DNA of 44,268 bases, counting the filler, from Catajapyx aquilonaris (lineage: Eukaryota), in assembly GCA_000934665.2 (NCBI GenBank). It is 2 parts of 2 records of this genome, joined end to end, with 100 filler letters (N's around TTAATTAATTAA, not from the genome) between each part and the next. Parts side by side here need not be neighbours in the genome. Positions count along the whole stretch, not along the records: positions 22,284 to 44,268 come from JYFJ02005936.1; 1 more part is not named here. One strand, given 5' to 3'. The notes beneath the pieces are model-generated. The model did not search any database. It was not told the origin of the DNA and saw nothing but the letters and a program-made list of their open reading frames with translations. Each line of letters starts with the position of its first letter. The first letter of the stretch is position 1. This document shows positions 27,120 through 37,949 of this stretch, piece by piece. The translations under genes and the position numbers were made by a program.

Positions 27120-28193
27120 TTACAACTGTCCGCTACAATACTTTCGGTACGACCGGACAAGAACGTACTCTACTATGTGAACCACAATGAACCGGACAAA
27201 AGAGATTCTCATGACGACGGTCACGAAGAACCTCAACATCCAGAAGACCATTTTATTGTAAGGCCCGACGCTTCGAGTGGTGTTTGGCACGTCCACACCA
27301 ATGGTCCAGAAACCGTAGAGGACTAAGGCGTCCTCTGGGACTAGGGACATGGCTGGTACCAGTTGGACGAGACACTTGAAATGCAGACGCATCACGTACT
27401 CGTCCTCCTTGGTCATGACCTGGAGTGACGGTATGGGGAAGGTCTGGATGAAGTGCACCGCCTGTTGCCTGAACTTGTCCAGTCCCAGGGGGGGGGGGGG
27501 GGNTGCCTATAGACACCCCGTGGAGACCCAGCTTCTCAGGGAACAGCACCATTTCGATCAGAGGGCCCAGCGCCACCGACAACATGTCAAACTGGCTCAT
27601 GCACACCTGGTCGGAAGGTGGCGAGAACTGGACAGTGGGACACGACCTGGAAAAGAAGCGAAAGTGTTTGGTCACTTTGCGTTATTATACTCAGCAGAAA
27701 TACAAACCTGAAGTCCTCTCTGATCTTGTCCCACAAGACAGCACTTTTCGTACACCTCAGGTTCGACCGACACATCCGGCACGAGTTGACCCAGTTTGTC
27801 CCCCTGCTTGATGGCCGCGACCCTGACCCTCCTGTGCACCGCCTGGGTCTTGGCCATTGCCTTGTACGAGAACCCTTGGGGGTCCCAGGGGTCGTCGGCC
27901 ATGCAGTGGACAGTGATCATGGCAGTGTCCAGGATGCGTTGCAGGGTCTTCCGGGTGAACTTTTGGGATATGAGAAATACGGTGAACACGCTCCTTTGGA
28001 CGAACGTGGTGGCGGATCCCATCAGGCCAGTCAGTCCGTAGAAGAGGGCCTGTTAGCGCAAGAACAGCCGTCCTCTGCGGTACCGGTCCTTGTCCACCCA
28101 GTCAGGCGGGGGGTCATCCAAGGACGGAATCATGATCGGCCGGGTCATCGCTTCTGACCACAACTCCAGCTGATCGGGTGGTACTTGTGCCAT
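27120..28193 (-). pseudogene. Disrupted MpaB'/DUF2236 (ER-bound oxygenase / rubber-oxygenase catalytic domain-like) gene, two coding exons
   Basis: ATG at 28193 lies just after a CTTTCAG acceptor. Exon 1 reads MAQV...PPDWVDKDRYRRGRLFLR*QALF...DPWDPQGFSYKAMAKTQAVHRRV...[frameshift]LWDKIREDF. A 61-bp GT-AG intron follows (27707-27647). Exon 2 reads RSCP...MSQFDMLSVALGPLIEMVLFPEKLGL...stop at 27120. These resemble the arthropod DUF2236 motifs PxWxDxxxFxRG, VRxxH and ISQxDM..PExLG. Lesions: TAA at 28055-28053, a frameshift near 27740, and a break at the poly-G/N run ~27488-27503. Confidence 0.7.
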
Positions 28194-28389
28194 TCTTTTC
28201 TGAAAGGTCGGAACTTCATTGCACCGCATAATAATCTTCTACATAATTAAATGTATAATTAATGTTGCATATTTCAGCTTCCGAAATTGGGACTAAAGGC
28301 TTGTTTCCACCGGCATAATATTTGAGCACAAAACGAAAAGCACAAAATAAAACAAACTTTATCAAGATGCACGGTAGTGTATCCGCCAA

Positions 28390-28825
28390 GTTGGCCCTCC
28401 TCTGAAACCACCAGGAAAAGTCCAAAACCGGAAGTCGGCCATCTTGGGTCCAGACTGCCGCCATTCAAACATGAAAAAAATTCCAACAAATTGATAATAG
28501 GTGGCGATAATAATTTTAAAATGACCGGTTCTAGTCATTGCACAGATCCCAAATTTTGTACAAATATTGGTCCTTGTCTGATACAGCCAGGAAAAGTCTA
28601 AAACCGGAAGTCGGCCATCTCTGATCAAGATTGTGGCACCGCAGACACGAAAAATAAACCAACCGAATTGATAATCGGTCGCGGTACCGTACTCAAAAAG
28701 ATTGACCACTTCCAGTTATCGTACAGATCCCAAATTTTGTACAAAAATTGGCCCTCATCTGAAGCCCCCAGGAAAAGTCTAAAACCGTAAGTCGCCCATC
28801 TTGGGTCCAGACTGCCCCCATTCAA
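28390..28825. repeat. Degenerate ~180-bp tandem repeat (~2.5 copies), Helitron/Helentron-associated type
   Basis: CCAGGAAAAGTCYAAAACCG(G/T)AAGTCG..CATCT recurs at 28411, 28587 and 28768 (periods 176 and 181). CAGATCCCAAATTTTGTACAAA occurs twice. The family assignment is inferred from motif style only. Confidence 0.7.
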
Positions 28826-29308
28826 AGCAGGTCGTTGCTAAGAGATCAATAAGAGTTACTTTCTGGAGAATCGGGAATAGCACCTGCTGATATTAGGTCC
28901 AATGCCCATGTAACAATATTAATGAGGGCAAAAAGGGTCATCCGTGGGAAACAGGCTGTTCTGGTGTTCGCTGGAGGGTTTCACATGAGGTCACTATAGC
29001 TGCCAAACCAGAGGCCCAATCCGTCGGAACTGGACAGACCCGGGTGTGTCAATAAATAGGCCTTCTGGTCTGTTCATTGTTGGCCGCAGTTCGCGCAACT
29101 AAGACAGGTCAACAGGCAGCGTTGTTTAGTTACCAGCAAATAAAATATTATTGTTACATGGCCATTGGACCTAATATCAGCAGGTGCTATTCCCGATTCT
29201 CCAGAAAGAGCCAGAAAGCATCTCTGAGCAACGGCCGGCTTGCTTATAAACAAGCAGCTTGCGCGATTTTTTCAATAACTACTGGTGCCATAGAGTTGGA
29301 TCACCCTG
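28826..29308. mobile_element. Foldback MITE D, left-truncated (Tc1/mariner-like right end)
   Basis: 28859-28919 is inverted at ~29148-29208 with one mismatch. Weaker inverted homology extends outward (gcaggtcgttgctaagagat / atctctgagcaacggccggc). Right terminus is GGATCACCCTG|TA at 29308. Confidence 0.7.
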
Positions 29309-29762
29309 TATACGTGGCCTTGTCTCGCGAGTAAAAAAAATGGATGGAATTCATCTAACCAACTTTGATCCCACTCAAGTTAAAGCTAACGATGAAGCCA
29401 TTTAATTGAATATAACAGACTAAGACTTAAATTATTCAGGACGGACCTGTGCAGTTTCTAATTCTCATTCTAAGAGACATCCAAAGTTCCCTGACCGAGT
29501 CTGCGCTGCGTCCAAATATGCCGTACATCGGGTTCAAGAGGATATAACCAAACATATCTCCAATGTCAAGTCTCAGACCATGCTGCCGGTGGTCGGGGGG
29601 GGGGGGGGGTTGTTTTGTCGTGGACAATACTCAAGGTGAATGCAGCGCCAATATATTCTCGGAACGAAGACATTGGCCATACTCCGAGGCAGCTGAATTT
29701 TTACTTCCTTCGTTTCATTCATTCATTCAACCTTGATTCAACTTAACAAAAAGTGGTGAGAT

Positions 29763-30492
29763 CCCCCTCAAAAACGCACTCGTAAAAAACGCGCCAAGTC
29801 TTCCGCCGAAAAAACCTGCGAGATAGTGTCTGGGAGCTAAGCCTTGTCCACTCCGCCGTACAAAGTCGTGAGATCGTGGTGGACGCCAAGCCTTTCTTCG
29901 AGGCTATAAGCTAAGTGAGATGACTTGGCCGGACTTGGTTCACGGGCACGAGGAACAATGCGATGCGTGGTTTAATATAATAGAAAGTAAACTTTTAACA
30001 CTTATTGGTAGAGCCATTACCCAAAAATGTGACCTTCGAATGGAATATTCACTTTTAACTGTCAATGGTGGAGCAGTAACGTACCAACATAATTATATAG
30101 TTCCTCGATTCATTGGAATAATTACACATATACTTGGACCTCTGATTCGTATCACTGGAACTACAAAATGTCGCCTTCGAACCGCACATGCGCACATGAT
30201 TACAATCGCGGTTTATTGGACTGAAAATTAAGTCGTACAGCTTATTGGGAGAACAGTAACTTGACCAAATTCCAGCGAACCGAACGCGTATAGTTCTTCG
30301 TGCACGTGAACCAAGTCCGGCCAAGTCATCTCACTTAGCTTATAGCCTCGAAGAAAGGCTTGGCGTCCACGTCCACCACGATCTCACGACTTTGTACGGC
30401 GGAGTGGACAAGGCTTGGCTCCCAGACACTATCTCACAGGTTTTTTTCGGCGGAAGACTTGGCGCGTTTTTTACGAGTGCGTTTTTGAGGGG
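29763..30492. mobile_element. Foldback MITE E with ~200-bp TIRs (CCCCTCAAAAA termini, AT flanks; CMC/EnSpm-like)
   Basis: ~29763-29960 is the reverse complement of ~30285-30492, with a few substitutions and a 6-bp GTCCAC duplication. AT on both flanks is consistent with a 2-bp TSD. Confidence 0.85.
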
Positions 30493-30951
30493 ATTATTAC
30501 TACTCTATATTAACTATTAATCGCCTAGCGACAAAAAATTGTTCTGACTTGAATTTGGTCCAGAACAAAACTTATGCCGGTGGAAACAGAGCTTAACTCC
30601 GCATATATATTCCCGATTACTCTCGCTGTAACCCTAATAAAAAATTTAACAATATAAAAAATTACTCTTCCTGCAATTTCTGAATCTCATGGAGATGCCC
30701 TTGCGCAACAATACTTTGCAAATCATGGGTTTTGCATTAGCCTAATCGATTATCAACCACCCAGCATTGTATCTATATCTTGCGCCTCTCATTTTTACAC
30801 GTCCTATCGCATCGTATAGTAAATAAAACGCATCCGCCAATTACACTAATTGGCCACCTCACGGGAGTTCGTATCGTATGGTCATTCCAGGATTTTGTGG
30901 GATTTGAAAGCATACTTCCAGGCACAAATAAATACACAAAAAAAAACGTAT

Positions 30952-31311
30952 CAGGGAGCATATACTACATAAGAGGCGCAAACATTCGACTTCCGCGTCT
31001 CTCTGTTTGGGGCGTTGCCAAGGCTGGCGGCCATCTTGAAGTGTGGGGAACGCCAACGAGGTATGAATAGGGTACAGGCAAAAAATAAGGTCCCCATCTT
31101 TGATTCGCGCGGGTTCTTGCCGTGTAGTTGCCATGGCCGCCAAAACCATCAAAGATGGCGGACCCTGCCTGTACCCTAATTATACCTCGTTGGCGTTCCC
31201 CACACTTCAAGATGGCCGCCAGCCTTGGCAACGGCCCCAAACAGAGAGACGCGAACATCAAAGGCGCCGACAGAAGTTTGCGCCTCTTATGTAGTATAAT
31301 TATGCTCCCTG
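30952..31311. mobile_element. Foldback MITE F (CAGGGAGCATA termini)
   Basis: 30952-31081 is an inverted copy, with indels, of 31165-31311. No clear TSD. Confidence 0.8.
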
Positions 31312-31664
31312 GCATGGAGAAGAAAAATGACATTTGCACGCCGGGAAAAGGGTCATAGGGTCGTGTGGGGCATGTCACGCTAGTTACGTCTGTCTTCCCT
31401 CAGAAAATATGAAGACTCTTTGACTGTCAACCCCTTATTGTGTCCGTCATTACTCCCATTTTTTATTAATTTTATTAAATTTTTATTAATTTATTATTTT
31501 CAGTGCCAGCCACTTCTTGCCAATTAATGTGACAGATACGCCGATCCGAACGCACCCCTTGTTCTGGAATGCCAACATGGCGTCTTCTCTTCTTCTTCTT
31601 CAAGTCTTTTCCTTCCCTTCCCTTGAGTTGCCTTCCTGGGTGCCCCCTGGAAGAAGGTCGTCGG

Positions 31665-31850
31665 GTCTTTTCAGGAAGCTGAAAGAACAACTGGAGGGAC
31701 ACCCTTACACCAGTGATGCAAAGGTGCAACCAGATGTGTAGGCATAGCTGGTGCTGGGAGAAGACTCCTGATATCTTCTATGATGGGATGCAACAACTGG
31801 TCCGACTTTTGGACAGGTAGACTGGTAGTACTGGTAAAACTAATGTAGGG
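31665..31850 (+). mobile_element. Second mariner transposase relic (C-terminal fragment)
   Basis: LFRKLKEQLEGHPYTSDAKVQPDV*A*L ... TPDIFYDGMQQLVRLLDR matches the mariner C-terminal pattern LFxxLKxxLxGxxFxSDEEV..V..W...FY.GIxxLVxRWxKC. Confidence 0.75.
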
Positions 31851-31854
31851 TTGT

Positions 31855-32170
31855 GCAATTAGTTTTGGGTTTCGTTGCGTAGTTACTGCGTGCGGCGCTG
31901 TCGTGACGGCACATCCGTTCCACCAGAGTCTTCTAAGAAGCCTTGGCCCTCTGACACATTGTCCATGTGCAGAAGGCGAACAAATCCTGCCAGAGTAAGA
32001 ATCCGGGTACGACACCCGTGCACATTGTCATTTTTGCCTCATATTCCACCATCCGGCCTTCTAAACTTTAAGGGCGGTGTACGCACTAACTACGCAACGG
32101 AGCTGAAAACTAATTTCGCATCCCTATATTAGTTTTGCGAGTACTATAAGTCTACCTGGCGATTGTCCAC
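31855..32170. mobile_element. Degenerate foldback element of the same family as 22440-22564
   Basis: 31855-31885 is inverted relative to 32087-32120. 32065-32170 aligns with 22443-22564. Confidence 0.55.
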
Positions 32171-32255
32171 GAGTTTCCCTTCACTCTGTGTATTGAAAGT
32201 TTTAACTACATCGAACTTGAACATTCCATGAGATGTACATGTTTCTGATTTATTA

Positions 32256-32589
32256 ATAATAATTGTGGGGGTAGTGATTCACCTTTTGGCGTTCGGCATG
32301 GACCTTTATTATTTGATCGTACATAGTGTACAAGTTGGAGCTATTGAGAAGCGCCTGGGCCCACGGGCAGGATGACAGGAGGGGATGTGCAAGTGCAGTG
32401 CATCTGACGTGGTGGCCATTTTTAGTGAACTCCCCCGGGTGGTTTAGTCTGTGGAAATACCACCCGAGACGAAGCCAGAGGTGACCCTGAACTCTGCACG
32501 AGATGAAGGGGGTGTCCCCGGGCTGGGATCGAACCCGGGACCTTAACATCCGTGGGCGCGTACATTACCGCAGCGCCACTCCGCCTCCC
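32256..32589 (-). mobile_element. Full-length tRNA-derived SINE (334 bp) with 13-bp TSD
   Basis: Minus-strand head GGGAGGCGGAGTGGCGCTGCGGTAA (A box) ... GGTTCGATCCCA (B box), and a short (TTA)n tail. TTCTGATTTATTA is duplicated at 32243-32255 and 32590-32602. Confidence 0.9.
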
Positions 32590-32789
32590 TTCTGATTTAT
32601 TATGTGTTCGTTACAGGCAGGTTGTACTGTACTGATTATGATTGGTAGACATGTCAATTGCAGCATCGCAGTTTTATTTTTACTTTTATTAAATCGAATC
32701 ACCCTGCGAGAAAAATTTGTGGCTCGGAAGCGACACCTTTTGCAAATATTTTTGGGTTACGTCTACTATTTATTGTTGCTTTTTATCAA

Positions 32790-33037
32790 CCAAAAGCATT
32801 ACAAGAGCATCACTACTGAGTCTCTCATGGATCATCAATTTTTAATGTCTTTTAATACTCATGTAATGCTTCGATGATGCTCTTTTTAATGGTTTGATGT
32901 TTCCAAAAAACATTACAAGAGCATTAAAAATGGTGTCCGCATGGTTGATGCTCTTCTGACGTTCTTTTTAATGCTTTATGGCTCTTTGTGGTTTACAGTG
33001 TACTTAAAGAAATCTTGACATTAGGCATTTGGCTGGG
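32790..33037. mobile_element. Fragment of a CMC/EnSpm-like non-autonomous element with subterminal repeats
   Basis: CATTACAAGAGCAT / ATGCTCTT motifs repeat in both orientations, and the segment ends in TTGGCTGGG (reverse complement CCCAGCCAA). Confidence 0.4.
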
Positions 33038-33084
33038 CTGGACAAAAACTTCTGCAGTAAGAACAAAATTTCATCCACATCATG

Positions 33085-33364
33085 CATTCAACAGGTCGAT
33101 TAGACATGCTGGAGTGGGCAGAAAAACAACCACTCGGATATTTGTAAGCTGCATTGTGAAGTACAGACAATGACACTTACAATTATTTCTCTCTTTCAGA
33201 CCTGAATCTTCCCAACTACTGCTTCAACAATGGGCAAGTTTGGCTAGATCGTTTCTACGAGTGTGTCTACTGCCAGCTGGTGTTTGACAGGAGGGTGAAG
33301 CTTCTGGCCCGGAGTATGACTCGCAGCGAGTGGGATAAAGATCAAGGAAGAGAGCAGTGTGCAG
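33085..33364 (+). pseudogene. Decayed C2H2 zinc-finger gene fragment, copy 1
   Basis: 56-bp GTAAG...TTTCAG intron (33144-33199), then an open exon LNLPNYCFNNGQVWLDRFYECVYCQLVFDRRVKLLARSMTRSEW. The Cys pair and F/L spacing are intact, but both His positions read Arg. Paralogous to 39165-39435 and 42425-42720. Confidence 0.55.
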
Positions 33365-34199
33365 GTATATCTCAGTTGAATCCATTCAGGTCGAGGCGGT
33401 TGGTGTAAAAGGGAAGGCGAAAATGTGACCTTTGATGTGATTAGTTTTAAGTGCACATAATTGCAACTTTTGTCAGGGGAGCATGACAAATGCTGCCTCA
33501 TTTTTGGAAAAAAATTGTGGCATTATGTGGTATTGAAATGAAGTGAGTCTACAGCTAGGGAGTCTAGTCTTTTGTTTAATGTGTGATTCCAAGTGAAATA
33601 ATGTGAAATCTGTTACTTTTCGTCTTTGAAATCAAATCAATGATTGTGACAAGTATGCGTGATGGAGGCCTCAACAAAGGAGCCCCTGGCACCGATATTT
33701 CAAGGTCACATTCAAATTGCTACGTGAGAGTTAGTAGTACTTAGCTAGAGTTATTTTATGCACAGCTTAAAATCCGGATGAGCCTGAATTTGGAAATGCG
33801 GTGACGTTTATTCCAATCCGACTGAATAGACACAAAAAGGTGGCAGGGGAACACTCAACTTGAGTACCTGCCTGGCATAAAACGAATCTCAATTGAACCT
33901 ACCATGTGTTTAAATTTTAAAAAAAAGCAGACTGACTAAGACAATTAGTATGACCCATGGGTAGTTTTTTTTTGTTTCCTGAAAAATGGTTGTCACTTGA
34001 CAATATGGGATTCCTCCGAGAAACGCTTCACTTTAATGGTGAATCACTATGTGAATTATTCTCTGCTGACTTAAACTTTGAAGGAGCTAAGGTCGAATTA
34101 CTATGATGACGAGATGCACAATAGTGTTAATGAAAAGTAATATCTGGAATTGAAAAGGGCAGGGTAAGATCAATTATTGACATGCAGTTGTCAGTGTAT

Positions 34200-34427
34200 T
34201 GTGGGGACCACGTGTGTGGTTCCAGCATTTATCCTCTTTTGGAAAGTGTCCCTGTTCTTGTGCGCCATCTGGTGGCTGTAATACTGTATAAAAGGAAGGG
34301 GGCTTCGGCCCTCGAGACTCTCTCTCCTGTATCACTCCTGCAATACGTTGTTGTAACCTCCTACCGGTCTCTTATTCCCACACCCTGCGACCTAGGTAGG
34401 TCAGGGGTCAGGGCAAGGGTCCTGACA
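34200..34427 (+). repeat. 5' LTR
   Basis: TGTGGGGACC...CCTGACA with TATAAAA at 34287-34293. Identical by eye to 37722-37949. Confidence 0.95.
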
Positions 34428-34430
34428 ATT

Positions 34431-34445
34431 TGGCGCCCAAGGTGG
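34431..34445 (+). promoter_or_regulatory. Primer-binding site, tRNA-Lys(CUU)-like
   Basis: TGGCGCCCAAgGTGG, 3 nt after the LTR, matches 14/15 of TGGCGCCCAACGTGG (complement of the tRNA-Lys CUU 3' end). Confidence 0.8.
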
Positions 34446-34572
34446 TTTTGTGCAGACAATCTGCACATACCCGGTTGTGGTATGGAGGACGATGAGGTGT
34501 TGCGGCCGGATTCGGCTTGCTGGTCGAGCAGAGGAGAGAGGGTGAGTACGGGCGGGCAGGTCAACGTTGACT

Positions 34573-35178
34573 TGCCGCCGTACGTTGGGTCGAGGGGGAC
34601 GAAGCCGTCCTCCATGACCCTGCTGCAAATCCGGAGGCGGTAAAAGTGCCGTTCCGGAGGAGTATTGCGTGCTGTTGGTTGTTGTCAGACAACAGACCAG
34701 CCATGCAATACGCAGCACTGCAGGCATGTGTCGGGTGTACCAATTCCTGTGTGTACCCGTCCTTGTCCAGCAGGAACGACATTGCTCCGGAACGTGCGTT
34801 TCCGGGCGTGTCGGATCGACATGACGGTGGTCAGTCGGCCGCCGCATTGTCGGAGCGAACCTCGATGCAGGGTGTCGAGGTGCCGCCGTATGTTGGGTTA
34901 GGAGTGACGAAGTCGTCCTCAATGACCCTGCTGCAAATCCGGAGGCGGCATGTGCTGATCCGGATGAGCAGCTGCGTGTTGTTGGTTGTTGACGCTCAAC
35001 AGACCAAGCATGCGATATGCAGCAATGCAGGGCATGTGTCGGGAGTACCCATACTTGTCCAGCAGTTGTGATGCGGTTCCGGAACGTGTGTTTCCGGACG
35101 TGTCGAACTGGGATGACGGTGGTCAGTCGGCTGCCAAATGGCGGGGCTGTTGGTCTCGATGCAAGACGTCGAGGTGCC
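34573..35178 (+). repeat. Diverged ~308-bp tandem duplication inside the LTR element (possible gag relic)
   Basis: tgccgccgtaYgttgg...atgaccctgctgcaaatccggaggcgg starts at 34573 and again at 34881, with colinear homology along both units. Confidence 0.85.
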
Positions 35179-37707
35179 AGCTGTAAGACTGGTGTCGATG
35201 GGAGTCGGTTGAAATGACGACTGTCGGTGCCTCAAAGATGTTGCCTTGTTGCTGATGCAATAGCGATGAAGGTGGTGTCATTTTGTCACGAGTAGGCGCG
35301 CATATTGCCGTACCAACTCCACTGTACGTACTGTGCCTCTGAGGTACCGGAGCATGATCCGGTACGGAGAGGGGAAGATAGGTTGTCGATGCACGCTGCA
35401 TGCACCGAAACTTTCTTTGACGATTCAGGGTCGACGTTGACTTATGAATCTGGGCAGGAAATTGACAGAATGTACAGTACATGTACTGTCATACCCTACG
35501 GAGCACTCAGGTGCAAGCACCGCACGGACGGTGTCGATTGTGCCGGTGTCGGGCTGTCACAGGTTGCGTGGGAGAGTTCCCTGTCGCGCCAAGTGACCGT
35601 GACCTTCGTTGACTGATGAAGTAACGGAGGCGGTTGGCAAATGTTGCACAAGATGCTGCATCATTTTGTCACCGGATTCTTCCCGGATTTATTCCGAGGG
35701 AAGTGGCGCCCTATTGTTGCTGACGAGAATGAGATCGTCCTCAAAAGCAAGTCAGGTGTCCATAAATAGCGCAGGAAGACTTGCAGGAAGTCTGATTGTG
35801 TTTATGCAGGGCACAATGGCCATTGAATCATGTTGTGATGACAAACATGAGGCGGCCGAGATGAAGAAGAAAAATGCTTACTGCTAGTAGCATTTGGCTT
35901 CGATGCTAGTTACCTGGGACTCAGGTGATCTGGCTGGTGGGAGTAGGAAGTACAGGATTTTCTCACGCCTACCGACCCACGCTGCTGATGGTGCGTCATA
36001 CACAGTGTCGCATTGTTTGGCTGGATTATCTGGTTTAGCTGATGTAATAGCTGTTCCGGAGAAGGGGCGGTTAATTGTGCTGATTGTTAGCGCAATGCCT
36101 TTGAGTTAATGCGTGGTGTTGATTTGGACATGTCACTGGCCCAGTCGAAGGTGGTCTTTGTACTTTGTCCGATCTTGAGTACCGCATGATATGGTGTACT
36201 TGGGAGTGTACTCTTTCAATGCGGTGCCGAGTCAGCTGACGCTGCTTGTTGGACTGACTGGACCAGGTCAATGCTAGGGTTGCATAGTATTGCCTGCTGG
36301 TTCGGCCCAGTGGAATTGGACGAACTGGAGGTCACATGTTGAGGTCGAGCTTGGGTCGTGCTGACCAGAGCTGACCACATGTTGACCGACCCGATGGTTT
36401 TGTCGGATGGTTTGCATCGGCCGTGGGCGACCCGTAGAGCGGGGGCGACCGAATGCAAACACCGTCGTCGAAGATGCGATGTCGACGTCGACGGATGGTC
36501 TTGAATTTTCGAGGCCTGATGACCAGTAGCCAGCGAAATATTAATTTATTATCGCTGCCCGTGGGATGCTAGTCAATCCTGCCCTGGGTCAGGGGATCCC
36601 TGATGGGAGCCTACGTTGGCGCTCTCCTGGAGGTCGTACGGCTTGGAGTGGGTTAACTCCTGGAGGCTGTTGGCTTGGAGGGGCTCAGTAGGTCATGTCG
36701 GAGGACTCTATGGTCAAGGGGTCTAGACACCTGACGTGATTCGGCTTCTGAGGTAGCCGAGGGGCGTTTTTGGGCATGCCTGAGTTTGGCATGGCCTGAC
36801 TTGGTCTTTTATTGACCTCAAGGAGGTGGTTGAGGGGTCGGTGGACTGACGCTGATGTGCTTGGCGTGGGCAGTTAACTCCAAGTGCCGTCCGGGCCGGG
36901 AAGGGGCTGCGCAGCCCTTCAAGCGAGGTCCAGGTACTCATCATCTGCACCGTCCTGGTCGGTGGATTCCGGGTCTGATTGTCGCCAGCTGCGTACGGGA
37001 GCTGCGATGGACAACTGGAGTGAGGCGTCATCTCCAGTGCGGCCTGCTGCTTTTATCTGACGAAGGATGTTGCTGTTTGGCTGTACCGGCTGCGCTCAGC
37101 TGGAGGAAGGATGGAGAGGAGGTTGGAAGAAGAGGTGGACGATGTCGAGTTGTCGTCGCCTTGAGAAGAATTCCTGGAGCTGCGAGCACGTGGTTCCGGT
37201 GCTGACCTTGATGACGTAGGTGGGTCAAGTCCAGCTACTGCTCTCCGGTGACATGTTTGAGTCACTCGTCGTGTTGCCTTGGTAGGGAGGACATTCCTGA
37301 CCGGTGCACATGCCCTGGTGGGTGTGTCACGTGTCTGGAGCTTGTTGCTCTGGACTGGTGCTGCTTCCGACGTTCTGGAAGGACACCGTGGATGTATTCG
37401 AAGAAGAGGCCTCCGAAGTTCGGACCTTTCTACGAAGGTGTGCTTGGTGGTGCCGCCTGGACTTCTGGACCAGTGGACCATGGCTGACCTGTGTGTGCTG
37501 CTGCTTGGACGCTGCAACCGAGTTCCAGTGGTGGATGTGTACGTGGACTTGTGTACGTGTGTTTGTGGGTTCGGATTGAACTTTTTTGAGTGTCCAGAGT
37601 GAACTTACTTTTTGGGGGGCTGTTGCTATTTGAAAATTTTTGTACTTGATTGGTGATATTTGAAATTGTTTTGAATGTGTGCTGGAGCGGTGTCGCTCCA
37701 GGTTTTT

Positions 37708-37719
37708 GAAGTAGGGGGG
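37708..37719 (+). promoter_or_regulatory. Polypurine tract
   Basis: GAAGTAGGGGGG just upstream of the 3' LTR. Confidence 0.8.
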
Positions 37720-37721
37720 TA

Positions 37722-37949
37722 TGTGGGGACCACGTGTGTGGTTCCAGCATTTATCCTCTTTTGGAAAGTGTCCCTGTTCTTGTGCGCCATCTGGTGGCTG
37801 TAATACTGTATAAAAGGAAGGGGGCTTCGGCCCTCGAGACTCTCTCTCCTGTATCACTCCTGCAATACGTTGTTGTAACCTCCTACCGGTCTCTTATTCC
37901 CACACCCTGCGACCTAGGTAGGTCAGGGGTCAGGGCAAGGGTCCTGACA
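37722..37949 (+). repeat. 3' LTR
   Basis: Identical copy of 34200-34427, followed by the GTAT TSD. Confidence 0.95.

Larger units (their letters stand above)
34200..37949 (+). mobile_element. Young non-autonomous LTR retrotransposon (3750 bp; gypsy-like cis signals, no intact gag/pol)
   Basis: Identical 228-bp TG...CA LTRs, 4-bp TSD GTAT (34196-34199 / 37950-37953), PBS and PPT. No long ORF or recognisable RT motif in the interior. Confidence 0.95.

Noticed and set aside
27120..27675. Initial reading as a MULE transposase fragment
   Set aside because: The contiguous upstream sequence, the spliced intron and the SQxDM/PEKLG motifs fit an MpaB'/DUF2236 gene much better.
29511..29540. LLNPMYGIFG resembling family-B DNA polymerase motif B (KxxxNSxYGKFG)
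   Set aside because: The conserved Lys and Ser are absent and no other PolB motif lies nearby. Likely chance.
32513..32589. Possible tRNA gene
   Set aside because: It has A/B boxes but is the head of a TSD-flanked 334-bp SINE, and I could not build a convincing cloverleaf.
36100..37500. Faint zinc-knuckle, protease and integrase-like words in the LTR interior
   Set aside because: Too degenerate to support by eye. It would need a frameshift-aware profile search.
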